Assembly: GCA_964057225.1 (NCBI GenBank)
Contig: OZ059898.1
Location: 4,526,001 to 4,590,000, forward strand
DNA from: Auanema rhodensis
Taxonomy: Eukaryota > Animalia > Nematoda
Reading direction: 5' to 3'
Length of the DNA: 64,000 bases
Shown here one piece after another: positions 52,770-64,000 of the stretch (the stretch's first letter is position 1; each line of letters begins with the position of its first letter). Position numbers and translations under genes: made by a program. The notes beneath the pieces are model-generated. The model was not told the origin of the DNA. It saw nothing but the letters and a program-made list of their open reading frames with translations, and did no database searches.

Positions 52770-53642
52770 TAAATGTATAGATTAATATGTTTAATATTAT
52801 ATAATTATTATATTGATTACTAGATATAATTGATTTAAATTATAAAATTAATATTGAAGGAATATGAAATAGTTAATAATATTTTATAATTTTATGTGAA
52901 ATATTCATTTTATTCAAAAAAAAAAAACACAAAAAAAAACAATTTTTTTTTTCATTGTTGATTTGTTTTCAATGTAGTGCGATTTGAAATTTTTCGAAAA
53001 AAAAAAACAGAATAAGAGTAAGCGTAGGCGCTAATAATGTCGTTTAATATAAAGCTGAATAAACTATATTTATTTAAATAACAATTATTATATTTGTTGG
53101 ATAATGTTATTTATTTCCGGTTGATCGGTCAAAGAAATACAATCTAAATTCTTTATTTTACAAGAAAAAAAGAAAGAAGATATATTTATATAAAATAAAT
53201 GCTTATATGATTTTTATTATTATTTTTATAATTAAATTAATTAAATATATTGATTATTAAAATTTAAATATTTAAAAAAACAATATACTGTAATATACAG
53301 TATAGATCAAGTTTTTAATTTTTTTAACTTAAACCTTTTTTTTTTCAAATATATATATATATATACATAAATGTTTTAAACAGTTTGCCACAATTTACAC
53401 GGATAAAGCATGTGCTTGAAAACAGGTGCTATCAGTTGGTGTCGAAAAAGCTGCGCATACAGATGAATGATGTAAAAAACGTCAAGTTTTCTACAAAAGG
53501 CTTTCATTAGGATTAATGCTTTCACTCCATATTTTTAAACTTAATGTCAAATCAAATATCAATTTAATTTTCTAATCGTGATATTTGATTTTTTTTTTGA
53601 AAATAAAAAATAATATAAAATATTCTAGAAGTGGTATATTCT

Positions 53643-56600
53643 ATGTATTTACTACTATATTTACTAACAATATTCATAACATCAATCAACAGTATTTTAT
53701 ATGATCAACGTCCAGATCTGAAATTTTCGGATTTGAAAATTGTAATTTTTAAATTTTAATAAGTAAATTTATTATAATAATTTTCCTTATAGAAAACAAA
53801 AGAGTCAATCCAAGAGATAGTTTTATTGAAATATGGAACATTAAAAACAGGCGGAAATTATAATATTACTATTCATAAAATTACTAAGGTTTTTTTAAAA
53901 ATTTAATAATTTATCATAATAAATATAATTTCAGAGAGGTTGGTCATCTTAAATTATATAATTATATAAATATTTAAACATATTTTCTTTTATTCTAGCA
54001 ATTGAATGTGAATCTAATAGCACGTTATGCCCAAAAATCCAAAGTCGAGACAAAGTAGTTTATGATTTCCTTTACCCGTCATATTCCACAACTAAATATT
54101 CGTCAACCAGTAATTGTAAGTAAATTTAAATTTAAGATAAGATTGAATAATTGATTCTTAAAAAAATATTTTATTCTATATTACAGTATACTGTGATCAA
54201 GTTACAATTAGTTGTACAGGATACGGTGGGATTGGCTTTTTTTCAGATACAGAAATAGAAGATGATTCTGCAGTAAATCCATTAAATTTTAATAGTTTAT
54301 AACATATAATATAGATCGAATTTGACTTAACCAATGATGTGAATACCTTAGTTACAATTTCTATAACCTTAACATGTAGTGACATTGGTTGGACTGTTCC
54401 ACCAGATACAGTACCACTTTCTATTCTAGGATGTGTAGGTAATCAAACGAAAACTATTCATTACTATTTCATTTGAAATTTCTTTCTTTTTCTTTTTAGC
54501 CGAGGTACCTTACATACCTCCATCTACGACCACCAGCACAACACCATCTACAACCACCAGCACAACGTCTACAACGACTCCATCTACAACCACCAGCACA
54601 ACGTCTACGACGACTCCATCTACGACCACCAGCACAACGTCTACAACGACTCCATCAACGACAACAAGCACAACACCTTCTACGACCACCAGCACAACGT
54701 CTACGACAACTCCATCAACGACAACAAGCACAACACCTTCTACGACCACCAGCACAACGTCTACAACGACTCCATCTACGACCACCAGCACAACCTCTAC
54801 GACAACTCCATCAACGACAACAAGCACAACACCTTCTACGACAACCAGCACAACGTCTACAACGACTTCATCTACGACCACCAGCACAACCTCTACGACA
54901 ACTCCATCAACGACAACAAGCACAACACCTTCTACGACCACCAGCACAACGTCTACGACAACTCCATCAACGACAACAAGCACAACTCCATCAACCACAA
55001 CAAGCACAACACCTTCTACGACCACCAGCACAACGCTTACAACGACTCCATCAACGACAACAAGCACAACACCATCTACGACCACCAGCACAACGTCTAC
55101 GACGACTCCATCAACGACAACAAGCACAATGTCTACGACGACTCCATCAACGACAACAAGCACAACACCTTCTACGACCACCAGCACAACGTCTACAACA
55201 ACTCCTTCTACGACCACCAGCACAACGTCTACAACAACTCCATCTACGACCACCAGCACAACGTCTACGACAACTCCATCTACGACCACCAGCACAACGT
55301 CTACGACGACTCCATCAACGACAACAAGCACAACACCTTCTACGACCACCAGCACAACGTCTACGACAACTCCATCAACGACAACAAGCACAACTCCATC
55401 AACCACAACAAGCACAACACCTTCTACGACCACCAGCACAACGCTTACAACGACTCCATCAACGACAACAAGCACAACACCATCTACGACCACCAGCACA
55501 ACGTCTACGACGACTCCATCAACGACAACAAGCACAACGTCTACGACGACTCCATCAACGACAACAAGCACAACACCTTCTACGACCACCAGCACAACGT
55601 CTACAACAACTCCTTCTACGACCACCAGCACAACGTCTACAACAACTCCATCTACGACCACCAGCACAACGTCTACGACAACTCCATCTACGACCACCAG
55701 CACAACGTCTACGACGACTCCATCAACGACAACAAGCACAACACCTTCTACGACCACCAGCACAACGTCTACGACAACTCCATCAACGACAACAAGCACA
55801 ACTCCATCAACCACAACAAGCACAACACCTTCTACGACCACCAGCACAACGCTTACAACGACTCCATCAACGACAACAAGCACAACACCATCTACGACCA
55901 CCAGCACAACGTCTACGACGACTCCATCAACGACAACAAGCACAACGTCTACGACGACTCCATCAACGACAACAAGCACAACACCTTCTACGACCACCAG
56001 CACAACGTCTACAACAACTCCTTCTACGACCACCAGCACAACGTCTACAACAACTCCATCTACGACCACCAGCACAACGTCTACGACAACTCCATCTACG
56101 ACCACCAGCACAACGTCTACGACGACTCCATCAACGACAACAAGCACAACACCTTCTACGACCACCAGCACAACGTCTACGACAACTCCATCTACGACCA
56201 CCAGCACAACGTCTACGACGACTCCATCAACGACAACAAGCACAACACCTTCTACGACCACCAGCACAACGTCTACGACAACTCCATCAACGACAACAAG
56301 CACAACACCATCTACGACCACCAGCACAACGTCTACGACGACTCCATCAACGACAACAAGCACAACACCATCTACGACCACCAGCACAACGTCTACGACA
56401 ACTCCATCAACGACAACAAGCACAACGTCTACAACAACTCCATCTACGACCACCAGCACAACGTCTACCACGACTTCATCTACGACAACAAGCACAACTC
56501 CATCAACGACAACAAGCACAACGTCTACAACAACTCCATCTACGACCACCAGCACAACGTCTACAACAACTCCATCGACGACCACCAGCACAACGTCTAC

Positions 56601-59600
56601 AACGACTCCATCTACGACAACAAGCACAACTCCATCCACGACAACAAGCACAACACCATCTACGACCACCAGCACAACGTCTACGACGACTCCATCAACG
56701 ACAACAAGCACAACACCATCTACGACCACCAGCACAACGTCTACGACAACTCCATCCACGACCACCAGCACAACGTCTACGACAACTCCATCCACGACCA
56801 CCAGCACAACGTCTACGACGACTCCATCAACGACAACAAGCACAACACCATCTACGACCACCAGCACAACGTCTACGACGACTCCATCAACGACCACCAG
56901 CACAACCTCTACTACCACCAGCACAACGTCTACGACAACTCCATCAACGACAACAAACACAACACCTTCTACGACCACCAGCACAACGTCTACAACGACT
57001 CCATCAACGACAACAAGCACAACACCTTCTACGACCACCAGCACAACGTCCACGACAACTCCATCAACGACAACAAGCACAACACCTTCTACGACCACCA
57101 GCACAACGTCTACGACAACTCCATCCACGACCACCAGCACAACGTCCACGACAACTCCATCCACGACAACAAGCACAACATCATCTACGACCACCAGCAC
57201 AACGTCTACGACAACTCCATCCACGACAACAAGCACAACACCATCTACGACCACCAGCACAACGTCTACGACAACTCCATCAACGACAACAAGCACAACA
57301 CCTTCTACGACCAGCAGCACAACATCATCTACAACGACGAGCACAACACCATCTACAACCAGCAGCACAACGTCTACGACAACTCCATCAACGACAACAA
57401 GCACAACACCTTCTACGACCACCAGCACAACGTCTACGACAACTCCATCAACGACAACAAGCACAACACCATCTACGACCACCAGCACAACGTCTACGAC
57501 GACTCCATCAACGACAACAAGCACAACACCATCTACGACCACCAGCACAACGTCTACGACAACTCCATCAACGACAACAAGCACAACACCTTCTACGACA
57601 ACCAGCACAACGTCTACAACGACTCCATCCACGACCACCAGCACAACGTCCACGACAACTCCATCCACGACAACAAGCACAACATCATCTACGACCACCA
57701 GCACAACGTCTACGACAACTCCATCCACGACCACCAGCACAACGTCTACGACAACTCCATCCACGACAACAAACACAACACCATCTACGACCACCAGCAC
57801 AACGTCTACGACAACTCCATCAACGACAACAAGCACAACACCTTCTACGACCAGCAGCACAACATCATCTACAACGACGAGCACAACACCATCTACAACC
57901 AGCAGCACAACGTCTACGACAACTCCATCAACGACAACAAGCACAACACCTTCTACGACCACCAGCACAACGTCTACGACAACTCCATCAACGACAACAA
58001 GCACAACACCATCAACGACCACCAGCACAACGTCTACAACAACTCCATCAACGACCACCAGCACAACGTCTACAACAACTCCATCAACGACAACCAGCAC
58101 AACACCATCTACGACCACCAGCACAACGTCTACGACAACTCCATCAACGACAACAAGCACAACACCTTCTACGACCACCAGCACAACGTCTACGACAACT
58201 CCATCAACGACAACAAGCACAACACCATCAACGACCACCAGCACAACGTCTACAACAACTCCATCAACGACAACCAGCACAACACCTTCTACGACCACCA
58301 GCACAACGTCTACAACAACTCCATCAACGACAACGAGCACAACACCATCTACGACCACCAGCACAACGTCTACAATAACTCCATCAACGACAACAAGCAC
58401 AACACCATCAACGACCGCCAGCACAACGTCTACAACAACTCCATCAACGACAACCAGCACAACACCTTCTACGACCACCAGCACAACGTCTACAACAACT
58501 CCATCAACGACAACCAGCACAACACCATCTACGACCACTAGCACAACGTCTACAATAACTCCATCTACGACGACAAGCACAACACCATCTACGACCACCA
58601 GCACAACATCTACGACAACTCCATCTACGACCACCAGCACAACGTCTACGACAACTCCATCAACGACAACCAGCACAACACCTTCTACGACCACCAGCAC
58701 AACGTCTACGACAACTCCATCCACGACAACAAGCACAACACCATCTACGACCACCAGCACAACGTCTACGACAACTCCATCAACGACAACCAGCACAACA
58801 CCTTCTACGACCACCAGCACAACGTCTACGACAACTCCATCTACGACCACCAGCACAACGTCTACAACAACTCCATCTACGACCACCAGCACAACGTCTA
58901 CAACAACTCCATCAACGACAACCAGCACAACACCTTCTACGACCACCAGCACAACGTCTACAACAACTCCATCAACGACAACAAGCACAACACCTTCTAC
59001 GACCACCAGCACAACGTCTACGACAACTCCATCAACGACAACAAGCACAACACCATCTACGACAACCAGCACAATGTCTACAACGACTCCATCTACGACC
59101 ACCAGCACAACACCATCTACGACCACCAGCACAACGTCTACAACGACTCCATCAACGACAACAAGCACAACACCTTCTACGACCACCAGCACAACGTCTA
59201 CAACAACTCCATCCACGACAACAAGCACAACGTCTACAACAACTCCGTCTACGACAACAAGCACAACACCATCTACGACAACCAGCACAACGTCTACAAC
59301 GACTCCATCTACGACAACAAGCACAACGTCTACAACGACTCCATCTACGACAACCAGCACAACGTCTACAACGACTCCATCTACGACCACCAGCACAACA
59401 CCATCTACGACCACCAGCACAACGTCTACAACAACTCCATCCACAACAACAAGCACAACGTCTACGACAACACCTTCTACGACCACCAGCACAACGTCTA
59501 CAACGACTCCATCAACGACAACAAGCACGACTCCATCTACGACAACCAGCACAACGTCTACAACGACTCCATCTACGACCACCAGCACAACGTCTACAAC

Positions 59601-62600
59601 AACTCCATCCACAACAACAAGCACAACGTCTACAACAACTCCGTCTACGACAACAAGCACAACACCTTCTACGACAACCAGCACAACGTCTACAACGACT
59701 CCATCAACGACAACAAGCACAACACCTTCTACGACAACCAGCACAACGTCTACAACGACTCCATCTACGACAACAAGCACAACGTCTACAACGACTCCAT
59801 CTACGACAACCAGCACAACGTCTACAACGACTCCATCAACGACAACAAGCACAACACCTTCTACGACAACCAGCACAACGTCTACAACGACTCCATCTAC
59901 GACAACAAGCACAACGTCTACAACGACTCCATCTACGACAACCAGCACAACGTCTACAACGACTCCATCAACGACAACAAGCACAACACCTTCTACGACC
60001 ACCAGCACAACGTCTACAACAACTCCATCCACGACAACAAGCACAACGTCTACAACAACTCCGTCTACGACAACAAGCACAACACCTTCTACGACAACCA
60101 GCACAACGTCTACAACGACTCCATCAACGACAACAAGCACAACACCTTCTACGACAACCAGCACAACGTCTACAACGACTCCATCAACGACAACAAGCAC
60201 AACACCATCTACGACCACCAGCACAACGTCTACAACGACTCCATCAACGACAACAAGCACAACACCTTCTACGACCACCAGCACAACGTCTACAACAACT
60301 CCGTCTACGACCACCAGCACAACTCCATCAACGACCACCAGCACAACGTCTACAACGACTCCATCTACGACCACCAGCACAACACCTTCTACGACCACCA
60401 GCACAACGTCTACAACGACTCCATCAACGACAACAAGCTCAACGTCAACGACAACTTCATCAACGACAACAAGCACAACACCATCTACAACGACGAGCAC
60501 AACACCTTCTACGACCACCAGCACAACGTCTACGACAACTCCATCAACGACAACAAGTACAACACCTTCTACGACCACCAGCACAACGTCAACGACAACA
60601 AGCACAACACCTTCTACGACCACCAGCACAACGTCAACGACGACTCCATCTACAACAACCAGCACAACACCTTCTACGACCACCAGCACAACGTCTACGA
60701 CAACACCATCTACGACAACAAGCACAACACCTTCTACGACCACCAGCACAACGTCTACAACGACTCCATCTACGACCACCAGCACAACACCTTCTACGAC
60801 CACCAGCACAACGTCTACGACAACACCATCTACGACAACAAGCACAACACCTTCTACGACCACCAGCACAACGTCTACAACGACTCCATCTACGACAACA
60901 AGCACAACACCTTCTACGACCACCAGCACAACGTCTACAACGACTCCATCTACGACCACCAGCACAACACCTTCTACGACCACCAGCACAACGTCTACGA
61001 CAACACCATCTACGACAACAAGCACAACACCTTCTACGACCACCAGCACAACGCCAACGACGACTCCATCTACAACAACCAGCACAACACCATCTACAAC
61101 GACGAGCACAACGTCTACGACAACTCCATCAACGACAACAAGCACAACACCATCTACAACCACCAGCACAACGTCTACGACAACTCCATCAACGACAACC
61201 AGCACAACACCATCTACAACGACGAGCACAACGTCTACGACAACTCCATCAACGACCACCAGCACAACGTCTACGACAACTCCATCAACGACAACAAGCA
61301 CAACACCTTCTACGACCACCAGCACAACGTCTACGACGACTCCATCAACGACAACAAGCACAACACCTTCTACGACCACCAGCACAACGTCTACGACGAC
61401 TCCATCAACCACTCCATTTACGACAACCAGCACAACGTCTACGACAACTCCATCAACGACAACGAGCACAACGTCTACGACAACTCCATCAACGACAACA
61501 AGCACAACACCTTCTACGACCACCAGCACAACGTCTACGACGACTCCATCAACGACAACGAGCACAACGTCTACGACAACTCCATCAACGACGACAAGCA
61601 CAACACCATCTACAACGACGAGCACAACGTCTACGACAACTGCATCAACGACAACGAGCACAACGAGCACAACGTCTACGACAACTCCATCAACGACAGC
61701 AAGCACAACACCTTCTACGACGACCAGCACAACGTCTACGACGACTCCATCTACAACAACAAGCACAACGTCTACGACAACTCCATCAACGACGACAAGC
61801 ACAACCCCATCTACAACGACGAGCACAACACCTTCTACGACCACCAGCACAACGTCTACGACGACTCCATCCACGACAACAAGCACAACACCATCTACGA
61901 CGACGAGCACATCGTCTACGGCGACTCCATCTACGTCAACAAGCACAACGTCTACGACAACTCCATCAACGACGACAAGCACAACCCCATCTACAACGAC
62001 GAGCACAACACCTTCTACGACCACCAGCACAACGTCTACGACGACTCCATTTACGACAACCAGCACAACGTCTACGACAACTCCATCAACGACAACGAGC
62101 ACAACGTCTACGACAACTCCATCAACGACCACGAGCACATCGTCTACGACAACTCCATCAACGACAACAAGCACAACATCTACGACGACTCCATCTACGA
62201 CAACGAGCACAACACCATCAACGACAACGAGCACAACGTCAACGACAACACCTTCTACGACCACCAGCACAACGTCTACGACGACTCCATCTACGACAAC
62301 GAGCACAACTCCATCAACGACAACCAGCACAACGTCTACAACGACTCCATCAACGACGACAAGCACAACACCATCTACGACCACCAGCACAACGTCTACG
62401 ACAACACCTTCTACGACCACCAGCACAACGTCTACGACGACTCCATCTACGACAACAAGCACAACTCCATCAACGACAACCAGCACAACGTCTACAACGA
62501 CTCCATCTACGACAACAAGCACAACACCATCTACGACCACCAGCACAACGTCTACGACCACTCCATCTACGACAACAAGCACAACTTCATCAACGACAAC

Positions 62601-64000
62601 CAGCACAACGTCTACAACGACTCCATCAACGACGACAAGCACAACACCATCAACGACAACGAGCACAACGTCTACGACAACTCCATCAACGACCACCAGC
62701 ACAACGTCTACGACCACTCCATCTACGACCACCAGCACAACACCATCAACGACAACGAGCACAACGTCTACGACAACTCCATCTACGACAACCAGCACAA
62801 CGTCTACAACGACTCCATCTACGACCACCAGCACAACGTCTACAACGACTCCATCTACGACCACCAGCACAACGTCTACAACGACTCCATCTACGACCAC
62901 CAGCACAACGTCTACGACAACTACTTCCACGACGACAAGCAGGACGACTTTATCGACACCATCTTCAGCATTGTTTACAACAACAGAATACCATGAAGAT
63001 GTATCAACTACCCCTAGTATGTTCAGAAATAGTTTTTTTCATTTATCAAATAGTTGTTTGAATACGTTTACATTATTATAGGAAGTGATTGCTGTCCATC
63101 CGGAGGGCTATGGTCAGAATGGACAACTAGTATGAACTGTTCTGATACATGTGGATCGTGTGCACAACGTTATTATACAAGAACATGCCTTTCTGATAGC
63201 TTAACATGTCCTTGCACGTAAGAACTTCAAGAATTGTGCTCACAGTTATTTCTCATTCTAGTGGTGTATCAGGAAAATGGAAGAATTGTAATATTAATAT
63301 ATGTTATTATCCGCGTTTAACATGTTGCAATGGATATAAATTAACCGTTATTAATGGTAAACATACATGTGGACCTCAGGTTATCAAAGTTTGAAATTGA
63401 TCAAGTTTTTCTTGAATTTCAGCCAACGGAAGATGAAGGTAATGATATGGAGAGTTGTTGTCCATTAAATGGTTATTGGGCTCCATGGAAGGAATGGAGT
63501 GCGTGTACTGGTGGAGATTGTGGCAGAGTATTCATAATCAATCAGAGTTTCTTTCATTCAATAATTTCTTTTGCAGTGTGGTAAAGCTGTGCGTTCACGT
63601 ATATGCTTATCTACCTCATACAACTGCCCATGTCAAGGTGATGCAACTGAAGAACGTACTTGCCGTACATTGGCTACATGGTCCAATTGGAAAGTATGTT
63701 TAGCGTGTTCATCTAACTGCCAAACTCATTTTATTTGTTTCTAGGAATCAGAAGCTTGTCCTTCTGGATCATGTGGATCATGCCATATGAGAACATTGAC
63801 ACGAACTTGTAATAAAGAAAATGGGTGTGCATGCCTGTAAGTGAAAATGATGTGTTTCTTTTTCAATTTTTCTGAATTTTTCAAGCGGTTCCTCAGAAAA
63901 ACAAGAAATATGTAATCCTGCACCATGTAGTGGCAATGCTACGACAAACAGTACATACGAATGTTGTAAAGATTTTAATATAACTGTAATAGATGGTTTC
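53643..64000 (+). CDS. Giant secreted mucin-like protein: signal peptide, C6-like domain, ~2,800-aa Thr/Ser/Pro domain, TSP1 repeats; runs off the window
   Basis: Exons 53643-53741, 53793-53888, 53935-53938, 53999-54115, two further Cys-domain exons, then 54500-63016. These are followed by CCPSGGLWSEW...TCGSC...RTCLS...CPC and further WxxW/CxxxCG TSP1-type repeats. Confidence 0.88.
54517..62940 (+). repeat. Mucin minisatellite of mixed 24-bp (TTPSTTTS) and 36-bp (TTSTTTPSTTTS) units
   Basis: About 8.4 kb of uninterrupted frame, with higher-order blocks marked by rare variant codons. Confidence 0.97.

Noticed and set aside
54510-62930. 2,806-aa Val/Asp/Gly ORF on the minus strand
   Set aside because: It is the antisense shadow of the Thr/Ser/Pro repeat. 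The plus frame has the splice sites, signal peptide and flanking domains.

Overview
This is AT-rich eukaryotic DNA from a rhabditid (clade V) nematode. It has many 42-50 nt introns, trans-splice-like acceptors just before ATGs, and clear C. elegans-type orthologues; the species cannot be determined. The ORF track is mostly exon fragments or antisense artefacts, so I assembled the genes by hand across splice sites. Family and orthologue names come from my recall of those families, with no search run. In order: a large-intron polyQ gene with an AUTS2/Tay-like motif; the P4-ATPase tat-1 with alternative C-termini; a ~1.0 kb internally deleted Maverick/Polinton relic (AGTAGT-type TIRs, near-perfect 6-bp TSD, protease stub, frameshifted atypical-kinase cargo); a divergent Rab6-like GTPase; atx-2; a nematode-specific secreted protein; DDX24 and PWP2 (operon-like), head-to-head with a CHIC/tag-266 gene and sbds-1, which holds a tRNA-Arg(ACG) in an intron; an omega GST; brd-1; two Cys-rich genes; a Tc1/mariner-type MITE; and a giant C6-mucin-TSP1 gene with a 4-nt microexon and an 8.5-kb repeat exon that runs off the window end. 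The Maverick relic with kinase cargo and the AUTS2-like gene are the strongest leads.
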